Counted from the stretch's first letter, positions 17,651 to 26,948 are shown. The stretch is 40,585 bases of DNA from a virus (IMGVR_UViG_3300037518_000160:1-40585); one strand, 5' to 3'. Translations and numbers: made by a program. The notes: generated by a model not told the origin, from the letters alone.

Positions 17651-18483
17651 TCGTCTTCACTTCCGCCTTCGAGACCGCCGAGGCCGCTACCGACACTCCC
17701 CTCACCCACGCGCGCATCGGCTACCAGAACTGGCTACGCGATCTCACGATTACCGCGGTGGAGGCGAGTTCCGAGACAGCGGACGGCCCGAGGGACCAAC
17801 CTCTCAACCCGGACACCCATTCCTTCTGGGAGCCGGAGAGCCTTCCCGCTACCTACACCATCACGCTCGGCGCTACCCGGGCGGTGGACTACGTGGGGCT
17901 TCTGGGGAGGATCGGATCGGTAGGGGCTTCGGTGCTGGTCGAGACGAGCGACGGCACGCTCATCAACTCCCCGGCAGAGGAGGAGTGGACGACCTTCGCC
18001 GAGTCAGCTTCTCCCGATGACGACGCCCCGCTTTTCTTCCTCGACGCTTCCCGCGACATCACAAGGATCAGGCTGACCTTTACCGGGTCGACGATGCCAC
18101 GTCTTGCCGTGGTGTATGCCGGTGAAGTGCTGAAGATGGAGCGCATGATCTACGGGGGCCATGCGCCCGGCAGGCTGTCGCGCGTCACCGTGCTGAATGG
18201 CGCTATGTCTCGCGGCGGGCAATTCCTCGGGCAAGACTTCAGGCGGCACGGCTTCGAGACATCGGCTTCGTTCCGGCATCTCACCGCTGCATGGGTGCGC
18301 TCGGACTTCGATCTATTCGTTCGTGACGCGCGCAAGTACCCATACTTCTTCGGCTGGCGGCCTGCTGACTTCGAGGAGGAGGTTGAGTACGCCTGGACGC
18401 CGGAAGACATCCGGGTGAGCAACATGGGCGTCCGAGATTTTATGCAAGTGTCCTGGCCGATAGTGGGGTACGGCTTTGAGTAG
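17647..18483 (+). CDS. Distal tail-like protein
   Basis: Follows TMP; beta-rich; PYFFGWRP motif. Confidence 0.65.
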   Translation: MIVFTSAFETAEAATDTPLTHARIGYQNWLRDLTITAVEASSETADGPRDQPLNPDTHSFWEPESLPATYTITLGATRAVDYVGLLGRIGSVGASVLVETSDGTLINSPAEEEWTTFAESASPDDDAPLFFLDASRDITRIRLTFTGSTMPRLAVVYAGEVLKMERMIYGGHAPGRLSRVTVLNGAMSRGGQFLGQDFRRHGFETSASFRHLTAAWVRSDFDLFVRDARKYPYFFGWRPADFEEEVEYAWTPEDIRVSNMGVRDFMQVSWPIVGYGFE

Positions 18484-21400
18484 CGACTCGTTCGGCCGGG
18501 AGCGGGTGCAGTTCTTCGAGGTGCTGCAACCCAAGTGCGGGCAGGACTTCGGCGATGGCTTCAACCCCGTGGACTTCGACGGGTCCACAGATTTTCTCGA
18601 TCTTGGTGCGGCGCTGTCTGGACTGTCAAGCGGCGGCACCGGGTCAATAGTCTTCGTTGTTAAGTTCAATACGGACGCCGACTCCATAGTAGTCAGTGGT
18701 GTCACCAGCATTGGCGGCGGGACGCTTAGATTTTATGTTCTTTACCTTTCCTCCAGCCAGGCGATTCTGGTTAACGGATTGAATGCAGCAGGAGCCACCG
18801 TCCTCGCTTTTACTATTCCCAATATCGTCATCGGCCAGACGTATCGGGTCATGGCGAGTTGGGACTTGGATGCAGACCCTTCGGTCGCCGCCATCTATGA
18901 CCTGGACACCGCACAAAACGTCTCCACGAAGACGCAAGGCGAGGATGTAGCCTTTGCCTCCTGTGCGGATTGGGGGATTGGCGCAAGGCCCAACGGGTCC
19001 GATAAACTGGACGGCGAAATCGGTTTCGTGTGGTTGTCGTCGCAGCGCATTGATTTTGACGACGAAGACGAGCGGCGCAAATTCTTCTCCGAGGACGGGG
19101 TCGCCATCAGCCTGGGCGATGACGGTTCGAGGACCACCGGCATTGTGCCGGAACTTTTCATGAAGGTGAATTCCGACGAGACCATCAGCGAGTTTCCTGA
19201 TAACCGAGGTTCGTCTGGCGGCACCTTCAACGTCAACGGTACTCCTGAACTTGGCGATATGGCAGTTGGAGGCTGCCACGCGCAACTAGGTGTCACCGGC
19301 ACTCGCAAGTGCTTCAACACGAAGGCGACGTGCCAGGACACGGAGAACTACGCGCCAACTGAGCAAGTGCTGCTTCGCTTCGGCCGCGAGCAGCAAGACC
19401 TTCTCCAGTACGGGAACGTGCTGCCGATGCTGGAGTCTCTGAGGACGACGCCGGGCGCCATCAATCTGGCGGCGATGGACGAGAACAAGTCCGCGCTCGG
19501 GGTGAGGGAAGTGGTGACGGTGCAGTTGAAGGATGGGTTGCACGATGACTTGCTGGTTGACCCGTACCGGCTGGAGAGGGAGACCGGCGAGGCTTCGCTG
19601 ATTCACGCCGGGACGGTGCCGAGCGAGAGCCCCACGGTCGAGTACACCGAGACGCTGCCGCTTGCGTCTGATGCATCTGCGCAAGACGGTGAGTATGTGG
19701 GGAGACTGCTGCAACTCCTGACGGGGGCGGGGAGCGTACAGGAACGCAGGGTCTCGGCCTACGCGGGGAAGGTGGCGACGGTCAGCCCGAGGTGGCGGAC
19801 GAACGAGTTCCCGCGCAGTGAAGCGTTCGACAATGCGACGTGGAATAAACGCGCCGGACTGTCGGTCACGGCGGATCAGGCGAATGATCCGAATGGCGAC
19901 CTGACGGCAGAGCTATTCGACTGGACCAGCGGGGACGGGTACTGCTGGCAGGACAAGACGTTCCTGCAATCGACGACGTACACGATCTCCGTTTACGCGA
20001 AGCGCGTTTCCGGTTCGCCGACGATTAACTTAAACGCATTTTGGGCGGGCGATCCGGCCCCGCCACCCCAAAGCGCGACTAGCGGCACCTTCGCGCTGAC
20101 GGATCAATGGGAGAGATACGATCTCACTTTCACCACTTCGCCAACGGCAAGTGCTGGCGGTGATACGGGGTTCCACGTCATCAACGGGGATGCGCACATC
20201 TGGGGCGCGCAGCTAGAGCAGGTTTCGGAAGTCGGCGACTACATCAAGACCGTCGCCGCCGCGATCACCCTCCCCGACGCCACCACCGGCTACGAGGTCC
20301 GAGACGCTTTCGACCCCTACACACGGGGGACGTTCGCGGGCAAGTTCCTGGCGCGCAATCCGTTCTACGCCAACTATCGCTGTCAGGCGAGGGAGGGCTA
20401 CATCGGGCAGGCGCTCGATGAAATGTCCCTGCGCAAGTACATCATCGACCGCATCGAGGGGCCGAACGAGCGCACATGGCGGGTGGTCGCCAAGGACCTA
20501 TTCTCCAAACTGGAGGCGCAGAAGTCAGTCGCACCGGCAGCTTCGAGGGGAGAGTTGGCGGCTGACATCAGCGACAGCGACACGTCCTGCACGCTATCGC
20601 CCACGGGGATTGGCGACCTCGATTACGACGTTGCGACCGGAAGCCCGCAGGAGTTTTTCGTTGCAATCGGGGACGAACTTATCAAGGTGCAGCGTAGCGG
20701 TGACACGCTGACATTCATAGAGCATGACCCGGCGGGCGATCCCGGCAATGTGCGCGGCGCACTCGGGACCACGGCTGCGGCGCATGACGAGGAGGACCTG
20801 GTGCAGCTCGTCCTCGACGAAGAGACGCAACTTGCCCATGACATCGTGTACCGCTTCTTGACGGTGTACGGGGGGATCGCCGTAGCGCAGATTGACAAAG
20901 CGGACTGGGACCTGAAGGCCGCGCAGATCACCACGCTCTACACCGGCTACGTTGCCGAGCCGACGCCGGTAGCGCAACTCGTGGGGGAACTCTGCCAGCA
21001 AGCCGGGTTCACGGTATGGCACGACGTCGAGACGGACATGATCGAACTGGCCGCCCTTCGTGCGACGGCTTTCGACATCACCATCGGCGACGACGCTTGG
21101 ATCAAGGCCAGCACGCTTACCTTGAAGCGTCAGGACGATAGAAGAATCACTGAGTTCTGGGCCTACTACGGCCAGAAGAACAAGAAAGAGGACCTGGAGA
21201 AGCGGGATAACTTCCACTCCCGCTATGTAGCGGTGGACCTGGACGCGGAAGGGGACGACGAGTACGGTATTCCGAAGATCAAGGAAGGCTTTTCGAGGTG
21301 GATTCCGCAGCACGGCCGGCAGGCCGCACAGCAGTGGGCCGATCGCACCATGTCACTGTTCAGGAACCCACCGCTACAGGCTGAAGTAGGGTTGCACCAC

Positions 21401-22294
21401 TCACGACTGTCGCAGATCGACCTCGCGCAGTTCGTCGGGCTGGAGACTGCCAACGTGCAGGACGCCACCGGGGAGCTGGCGACGAAGACAATGGCCGTGG
21501 TGTCTATCGAGCGCGGCGAGCACGAACTCTCGGTCATGCTGCAGGAGGTGAACTTCTTCACCGAGCCCGACGATACCGGCGACCGGGAGATATTCATCGA
21601 GAACGACGTGAACAACATCAACCTGCGCGGGCTGCACGACGGACTGTACGGTGCACCGCCAGCGGGTTCGCCGACGATCAGCATCACCTTTCGCGTTCTG
21701 GATGGCGTGACGGTAGGCTCAACGTCCAGCAGCAACCCGGCCATGAGAACGGGGACGTGGAGCGACTACGGCATTGTGCCGACCATCCAGGTGCAAGAGA
21801 CCGGGCGTATCCTTGGCAAGGGCGGCGCCGGTGGCAACGCTGCAGTGGGCTTGAACCCGCCAACCAATCCTGGCAGCGTTGGCGGGCTTGCGCTTCTTGT
21901 CCAGGACAACGTCCACATCACCGGCGCTGGCATGATAGCCGGAGGAGGTGGTGGTGGTGGTTCTGGCGGTGCCAGTTTGGGCGGCGGCGACAACGGTGCC
22001 GGTGGCGGTGGCGGTGGAGCGCAGCCAGGACCAGGTGGCAACAGCGACGGTGCCGCTCACTTTGCCGGATCGGATGGCACCAGCGAAGCGGGCGGCGCAG
22101 GCGGGACTGGCGTACCCGGCGGCGGAGATGGCGGCGATGGAGGTGATCCTGGGGAAGCGGGCGACGCGGGGTCAGCGGGCGACGCAGGTTCAGGCGCCTC
22201 GGGCGGGGCTGCTGGCAATGCGATCGACGGTGTATCGCTTGCGACGTTCGACTCGCCGAACCTGCTCACGATCTCTGGCGGGCAGGTCAACTAG
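18476..22294 (+). CDS. Tail tip/hub protein with inserted lectin-like domains and a Gly-rich C-terminal domain
   Basis: C..LGVTG..KCFNT.ATCQD motif, VAPAASRG, IGDELI, RGALGTTAAAH; C-terminal poly-Gly domain. Confidence 0.8.
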   Translation: MSSDSFGRERVQFFEVLQPKCGQDFGDGFNPVDFDGSTDFLDLGAALSGLSSGGTGSIVFVVKFNTDADSIVVSGVTSIGGGTLRFYVLYLSSSQAILVNGLNAAGATVLAFTIPNIVIGQTYRVMASWDLDADPSVAAIYDLDTAQNVSTKTQGEDVAFASCADWGIGARPNGSDKLDGEIGFVWLSSQRIDFDDEDERRKFFSEDGVAISLGDDGSRTTGIVPELFMKVNSDETISEFPDNRGSSGGTFNVNGTPELGDMAVGGCHAQLGVTGTRKCFNTKATCQDTENYAPTEQVLLRFGREQQDLLQYGNVLPMLESLRTTPGAINLAAMDENKSALGVREVVTVQLKDGLHDDLLVDPYRLERETGEASLIHAGTVPSESPTVEYTETLPLASDASAQDGEYVGRLLQLLTGAGSVQERRVSAYAGKVATVSPRWRTNEFPRSEAFDNATWNKRAGLSVTADQANDPNGDLTAELFDWTSGDGYCWQDKTFLQSTTYTISVYAKRVSGSPTINLNAFWAGDPAPPPQSATSGTFALTDQWERYDLTFTTSPTASAGGDTGFHVINGDAHIWGAQLEQVSEVGDYIKTVAAAITLPDATTGYEVRDAFDPYTRGTFAGKFLARNPFYANYRCQAREGYIGQALDEMSLRKYIIDRIEGPNERTWRVVAKDLFSKLEAQKSVAPAASRGELAADISDSDTSCTLSPTGIGDLDYDVATGSPQEFFVAIGDELIKVQRSGDTLTFIEHDPAGDPGNVRGALGTTAAAHDEEDLVQLVLDEETQLAHDIVYRFLTVYGGIAVAQIDKADWDLKAAQITTLYTGYVAEPTPVAQLVGELCQQAGFTVWHDVETDMIELAALRATAFDITIGDDAWIKASTLTLKRQDDRRITEFWAYYGQKNKKEDLEKRDNFHSRYVAVDLDAEGDDEYGIPKIKEGFSRWIPQHGRQAAQQWADRTMSLFRNPPLQAEVGLHHSRLSQIDLAQFVGLETANVQDATGELATKTMAVVSIERGEHELSVMLQEVNFFTEPDDTGDREIFIENDVNNINLRGLHDGLYGAPPAGSPTISITFRVLDGVTVGSTSSSNPAMRTGTWSDYGIVPTIQVQETGRILGKGGAGGNAAVGLNPPTNPGSVGGLALLVQDNVHITGAGMIAGGGGGGGSGGASLGGGDNGAGGGGGGAQPGPGGNSDGAAHFAGSDGTSEAGGAGGTGVPGGGDGGDGGDPGEAGDAGSAGDAGSGASGGAAGNAIDGVSLATFDSPNLLTISGGQVN

Positions 22295-22806
22295 AACGTC
22301 ACTACCATGCCCATGGTGAAGAGACGCAGGCGGTCCAGTTCTCCCATGCCGTCCATCTGCTCAAGCATGGCGCGCACTTGCAGGTGCTGGCTCAAGCTAT
22401 ATGCGGCGCCAATGCCGAGCACGGCGCGATTGCCCAGGTCCTCGCTTGTGGTAATGCCGCCGCCGCTCGAAGCGATAGTGTGCTCGCTGTCCAAGGCGTA
22501 GAAGCCAAGCTTGCCGAGCAGGGACCAGCGGCCCATAGGCAGCGTGCCGATTGCCGCTAGGCCTGGGCCCTTCGCGGTCCAGGTGCCGCCCATCTCGGAA
22601 TAATTCCCGAGGCGCAGATAGGACGCTTCCACCGCGAAATTCTCGGTGAAGTGATAGCCCAAGCCAAAGATGGGCACTGCTATTTCCCGCTCGACGAGGC
22701 CGGCCAGCTTCGCCTCAACCTGCGCGATGCCGATGACGAGGTAAGGCTGCCCCGCCGCCGGTAGCGACAGCGCGAGAAGTAGTGCTGCAAACAAGGTGCG
22801 GATCAT
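22291..22806 (-). CDS. Outer-membrane beta-barrel protein (OmpA-N/Lom/Ail-like moron)
   Basis: Signal peptide, GLGYHFTENFAVEASYLRLG, GIGAAYSLS..LQVR, terminal Phe; opposite strand with its own SD. Confidence 0.85.
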   Translation of the reverse strand: MIRTLFAALLLALSLPAAGQPYLVIGIAQVEAKLAGLVEREIAVPIFGLGYHFTENFAVEASYLRLGNYSEMGGTWTAKGPGLAAIGTLPMGRWSLLGKLGFYALDSEHTIASSGGGITTSEDLGNRAVLGIGAAYSLSQHLQVRAMLEQMDGMGELDRLRLFTMGMVVTF

Positions 22807-22849
22807 GTTGGTCCTTTCGTAGTCGAATGATAACCCTTGGAGTGTGCCA

Positions 22850-23185
22850 ATGGCTGAAACGATGAATCAGGTAAGCGTTCTAATCGTGCACCTCCTCGCC
22901 GTGGTGGCGTGCGTCTACTTGTGGCGCCGAGCACCAGACCCGGTGCAGCGCGGCATCCTGATCGTGATCGCCGCCGCAATGATCGTCTACACCTTCTGCG
23001 ACGGCCTCAGTCTGTACGGTGTTGGCAGGAGTGGTAACGACTTCCTCGGCATCGACAGGGTTTGGAAGGTGAAGATATGGGCAGACGGCTTCGCTCATTT
23101 CGCCGTTCTGCTGTACCTCGCGCGGCAGTGGTGGCTGACCACGGGATTCTGTGCCGCGCTCAAGGAAGGACGCAGCAATGCCTGA
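22850..23185 (+). CDS. Multi-TM membrane protein (holin/antiholin candidate)
   Basis: About three hydrophobic segments; first gene of the lysis region. Confidence 0.5.
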   Translation: MAETMNQVSVLIVHLLAVVACVYLWRRAPDPVQRGILIVIAAAMIVYTFCDGLSLYGVGRSGNDFLGIDRVWKVKIWADGFAHFAVLLYLARQWWLTTGFCAALKEGRSNA

Positions 23186-23429
23186 AGCCGCCCTCGCAAC
23201 GGCACAGGCTGTAGAGAAGCTGGGCATCATCGGTGTGCTCGCGCTCATCATCTTTCTGGTGGCCTACGCCGCCATCCACTTCAGGAAGGAATTGATCGTC
23301 GCGCACAGAGAAAACACCACGCTGCGCCAGATGCTGCTGATCGTGAAGATTGCTGCGGACGGCGCAGGGGCAAAGTACGACCTTGACGGAGTGGGCGACA
23401 TCGACAAGATGCTCAAGACGAACGCATGA
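23178..23429 (+). CDS. Single-TM protein (holin-like)
   Basis: LGIIGVLALIIFLVAYAAI then a helical tail; coupled to the endolysin. Confidence 0.55.
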   Translation: MPEAALATAQAVEKLGIIGVLALIIFLVAYAAIHFRKELIVAHRENTTLRQMLLIVKIAADGAGAKYDLDGVGDIDKMLKTNA

Positions 23430-23836
23430 ACATCGCCGCGCTGAAGGCACAACTCGTGCGCCATGAGGATCTGAGACTCAAGCCCTACAAGGATAGCCTC
23501 GGCATTCTCACCATCGGCGTCGGGCGAAATCTGGAGCACGTCGGCATCACGGAAGCCGAGGCGATGGTGCTCCTCGGCAACGACATCATCGGCGTGTTCG
23601 ATGACTTGGACCGAGTATTTCCGTGGTGGCGGCAGATGACCGAGGAACGCCAGCTCGTCATCGCGGATATGTGCTTCAACCTCGGCATCAAGCGCCTGCT
23701 CGGATTCGTGAAGACGATGGCCGCCATGCAAAGCGGGAGATACGAGGTCGCCGCGGTGGAGATGCTGGACAGTAAATGGGCACAGCAAGTCGGGAAGCGG
23801 GCAATCACGCTCGCCAACATGATGAAAGGAGTCTGA
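23426..23836 (+). CDS. Endolysin, T4-lysozyme-like (GH24)
   Basis: HEDLRLKPYKDSLGILTIGVGRNL (E-8x-D-5x-T), MCFNLG, EMLDSKWAQQV..RA. Confidence 0.95.
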   Translation: MNIAALKAQLVRHEDLRLKPYKDSLGILTIGVGRNLEHVGITEAEAMVLLGNDIIGVFDDLDRVFPWWRQMTEERQLVIADMCFNLGIKRLLGFVKTMAAMQSGRYEVAAVEMLDSKWAQQVGKRAITLANMMKGV

Positions 23837-23837
23837 T

Positions 23838-24029
23838 ATGGCAACCATGCCACAAGTGAACAACAACCCAGGAGTGACCGTAGGTCTCATTGCGGCTGCG
23901 GCCGCCAACGTCGTCATCGCTTTCGTGAAAGCCAAGTGGGGATTCGACTTCGCCGGCCAGGAAGCGAACCTGACCATGCTGGCGGTGGGCGCCGGTTACT
24001 GGATTCAAGGTCGGGAGGTGCCAGCATGA
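23838..24029 (+). CDS. Small two-TM protein (holin candidate)
   Basis: 63 aa, two hydrophobic stretches, SD AAGGAG. Confidence 0.55.
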   Translation: MATMPQVNNNPGVTVGLIAAAAANVVIAFVKAKWGFDFAGQEANLTMLAVGAGYWIQGREVPA

Positions 24030-24415
24030 GAATCCTCTACGCTCTCATCATCGGCGTGGCCGTGCTCGCGGGCGGCTGCGCGACCAAGCCCGCGCAATCG
24101 GAACTCGCCAAAGCCGAATGCCTGAAGACCAACCCTGCGGCCGTGTGCGAGCTGCGTGGTTGGGTCTTCGAGAGCTACGCCTACCTGATCGGCCTGAACC
24201 AGACGATCGAGCAGAACGCGAACGATCGGGTCTGGAGCAAGGCGCAGGCGACGGCCTACCTGGAGAAGTCACGGGCAGCCAGGAGGCTCGTCAATGACGT
24301 GGACGCAGCCCTCGGCAAGGGGGACATCCTGAGCGCCGGCAATGCCCGCACGCTTGCCCTGCGTGCTCTTACCGAATTGCAGCGCGAGGTCGCTGCGCAA
24401 GCGAGGAAGCCATGA
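24026..24415 (+). CDS. Lipoprotein (spanin candidate)
   Basis: MRILYALIIGVAVLAGGC lipobox-like signal; helical body. Confidence 0.65.
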   Translation: MRILYALIIGVAVLAGGCATKPAQSELAKAECLKTNPAAVCELRGWVFESYAYLIGLNQTIEQNANDRVWSKAQATAYLEKSRAARRLVNDVDAALGKGDILSAGNARTLALRALTELQREVAAQARKP

Positions 24416-24624
24416 ACCCCGTACTGCAAACCGCCACCGCGCGACTGGTGGACTACGCCATCACCATGGCCTTCACCAAGCTGGGACGCGATGCTGTGGT
24501 CAGCTCCATCGACACCTGGCGGCTGGAGGGCAACAGCGAGGAGCAAGTACTCAGCCGACTGAAGGCCCTGGTTGAGTCCAGCGAGAACGCCGCCGCAGAT
24601 GCGGTGAGCAAGATGCCGGACTGA
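24412..24624 (+). CDS. Hypothetical protein
   Basis: ATGA-coupled last gene of the late operon. Confidence 0.65.
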   Translation: MNPVLQTATARLVDYAITMAFTKLGRDAVVSSIDTWRLEGNSEEQVLSRLKALVESSENAAADAVSKMPD

Positions 24625-24626
24625 AC

Positions 24627-24694
24627 GGCCGGGGCGGCGCCGCACGTCTGAACCTCCTCCTCCTCCTGGTTCTCGGGCGGCGTTCGTCCTGGCC
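24627..24694 (+). ncRNA. Long hairpin with a (UCC)n anti-SD loop between convergent operons
   Basis: 17-bp outer stem with three G-U pairs, inner GAACC/GGTTC stem, loop TCCTCCTCCTCCT. Confidence 0.5.
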
Positions 24695-24698
24695 TCCA

Positions 24699-24938
24699 TT
24701 ACTTGTCCTCCAGCGCTGCCACCCGGCGCCGCAGCTCGTCCAGGTCCCGCCTCAAGGCCTCCGGTGTCAGCTTGGCATGGTAGGTCTTGCGGCATGGTGC
24801 GCCGCAGAAACGCTGCCAGTCCCTGCGGGGGCGGAAAATCGCGCCACAGGCCTCGCAAACCGCCTCCTGGCTACCAGAGGGCGTCCTGGCTGATTCCGGC
24901 GCTCCTGCGCTGTCTTGATGCGTCTGAGAAGCGCTCAT
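24699..24938 (-). CDS. Zn-finger protein with C-terminal coiled coil
   Basis: CEACG..F.P....QRFCGAPCR. Confidence 0.6.
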   Translation of the reverse strand: MSASQTHQDSAGAPESARTPSGSQEAVCEACGAIFRPRRDWQRFCGAPCRKTYHAKLTPEALRRDLDELRRRVAALEDK

Positions 24939-24954
24939 CTGGGCTTCGCGCGTC

Positions 24955-25236
24955 TCATTCTTCCCCCTTGCTAGCGTTGCGGCTCTCCGTAGCGGCGCTT
25001 TGCATCTTCGCCACGCATTCAACTATTGCGCGGTTGAGGTCGGTGTATCTCACTGCTTCCAAGAACTCGCCAGAATTGTCTCGATATCGAAATAGGTGGT
25101 TCAGCATGAACTTCTTCACCAGCGCCATCGCTTGCGCATCTTCCGTGAGAGGCCAATAACTACGACCACTGCCGACTTCTACTTCGTCTACGCCCATCGC
25201 CTCCGCGCACAATTTGGTCATCTCTAGGTCGGTCAT
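24955..25236 (-). CDS. Phage protein, NinX/ABA-sandwich-like
   Basis: MTD.E....AEAMG...YWPLT..AQAMALV...RAIVECV. Confidence 0.55.
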   Translation of the reverse strand: MTDLEMTKLCAEAMGVDEVEVGSGRSYWPLTEDAQAMALVKKFMLNHLFRYRDNSGEFLEAVRYTDLNRAIVECVAKMQSAATESRNASKGEE

Positions 25237-25273
25237 TGTTCCTCCTTAGCGTTGCGGTCGATGGTAGGGGCGC

Positions 25274-25627
25274 TCACGCGAATAAGTCCTTTGCGGCCTT
25301 GCCCTTGCGCCTCGTCTGATAGGCGTTCTGCTGGTGATGTTTCAGATCGTAGCGAAGGTGGCACCGCTGGCACATGGCTTTCAGGTTCTCGTCTCGGCAG
25401 TCCTCGGGCGTGTGGTTCAGATGGGCGACTGTCAGCACCACCTTTCCATTCGCCCACTTCGCAGGCTCGCCATTGCGCTCGACGCAGCGCCTTGGGCCTC
25501 CGGTAGTCCGGTGTAGGCCGCATTCGCCTTGGCACTCGCAGCGGCCTCCTGAACGCGCCCTGATCGCCAAACTGATGTCCTTCCAGTTCTTCGGGTAGCG
25601 ACCCTTGTTTTCCGGCTTTATGCCCAT
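25274..25627 (-). CDS. HNH-like Zn-binding nuclease
   Basis: RYPKNW, GRCEC, VLTVAHLNH...NLKAMCQRCHLRYD. Confidence 0.8.
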   Translation of the reverse strand: MGIKPENKGRYPKNWKDISLAIRARSGGRCECQGECGLHRTTGGPRRCVERNGEPAKWANGKVVLTVAHLNHTPEDCRDENLKAMCQRCHLRYDLKHHQQNAYQTRRKGKAAKDLFA

Positions 25628-25652
25628 GCGGTGCAGTCCAGAGTCGCAGCCA

Positions 25653-25850
25653 TTAGCGGCTCCTGTTCCATTCTTCCCTGCATCGTTTCTTGCCGATGAT
25701 CTTGACAATCTCTGTCATCAAGGCATAGCGCCTCGGATTGGCGTCACCACGCGGCTCTGGATTCGGAATCTCCGACGGCCACGACCACCTGTTAAGTTGG
25801 CACCACATTTCCGCAAGCCTATGGTTACTCCAGAACTTAAGATCGGTCAT
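25653..25850 (-). CDS. Hypothetical protein
   Basis: 65-aa ORF in the leftward operon. Confidence 0.55.
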   Translation of the reverse strand: MTDLKFWSNHRLAEMWCQLNRWSWPSEIPNPEPRGDANPRRYALMTEIVKIIGKKRCREEWNRSR

Positions 25851-26922
25851 GGCGAGGCGCGACAGCGACTAGTAGCGGCCACGTTGTTTCCAGAGTGGCT
25901 TCGTCCACCATGCACTTATTCCAGATCACCAGCATGGCGCGGCATGTAGCGCGATTGATCTCCACTGGCACTAGCCTCCATCCTTCGCCCTCAGCTTCAG
26001 GCGGCGAAGCGCGGAGGGCATCTCTCTGCTCGACTAGTTTGCGTATCGTCAGAGCAACCGCGAAGTCATTGACCCATTTGCGGTCAGTGAGGAACGAGAG
26101 GCAGACTTCTTCCAAGCGGTTGAGGTCGTATAGGATGCCTTCGGCTGGCTGCTCGACGAACTTCTCAAGGGGCGCGGACATTAGCTCATCAGGCAGGCCC
26201 CAGAACACCACATTACCCTTCTTGCGCTCGGCAAGGATGCGGTCGCGCAATTTCTTCTGTGCTTCGGTTGGAGCGTCTTCGCCATCAGCCCTCGCCTCCC
26301 AAGCAGCCCACATGCTCTCAGTTGGCTTCCACTTGCCAGCGGCAGCCCATTCCTCGAATCGCTTGCGTTCGTCGCTCATTCTTTCTCCTCTCTGTTCGCC
26401 GGAGTGGAGATATCTATCTGCACGGCGAGCAGCTTCGATGATCCGGCGTTCGATCTCCACGGCGAAGTGCTTAGCGTGCTTGCTGCGTCCCCACTCTCTC
26501 GCAAACCCGAGACACAACTTACCGGCGTCGCGCAATCCATCGCTGTAGCCGCTCGCTGCGCACTGAGCCGCTACGTGCAGTGCCTCGAAAGCATCGGCGC
26601 GTTCTTTCCAGTACGCTGCCGATAGCGTCTCTCGGTTGGCGATCTCGCGGGCCTCCTTCAACTCCCGCGCGTTCTCCAGGCACAGACTTTTGAAGCAGCA
26701 GGCGTTGAAGCCGCTTTCGCGCTCGTCCTTCTCTGAGGGCGCAGCAACCGCAGGCAGTGGCTTAGTCGCTTGCGACGGCACTTTGGCATTCACCGTCTGC
26801 GGCGCTGCATTGTTCTTGCTGACTTCCAAGGCGATACCTACAACGTCCATTTCCGTCAGTTTGGCTAGCTGCTCGGAGGCCGAGGGCGCAGCGCCACCTT
26901 CGTACGGTCCTTGAGCGGTCAT
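25837..26922 (-). CDS. Mosaic hypothetical protein (likely internal start at 26379)
   Basis: Long ORF with internal SD+ATG; WRLVPVE motif near the C-terminus. Confidence 0.55.
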   Translation of the reverse strand: MTAQGPYEGGAAPSASEQLAKLTEMDVVGIALEVSKNNAAPQTVNAKVPSQATKPLPAVAAPSEKDERESGFNACCFKSLCLENARELKEAREIANRETLSAAYWKERADAFEALHVAAQCAASGYSDGLRDAGKLCLGFAREWGRSKHAKHFAVEIERRIIEAARRADRYLHSGEQRGERMSDERKRFEEWAAAGKWKPTESMWAAWEARADGEDAPTEAQKKLRDRILAERKKGNVVFWGLPDELMSAPLEKFVEQPAEGILYDLNRLEEVCLSFLTDRKWVNDFAVALTIRKLVEQRDALRASPPEAEGEGWRLVPVEINRATCRAMLVIWNKCMVDEATLETTWPLLVAVAPRHDRS

Positions 26923-26948
26923 TTTCCTTTCCTCGTTGCCGTCCGGCG

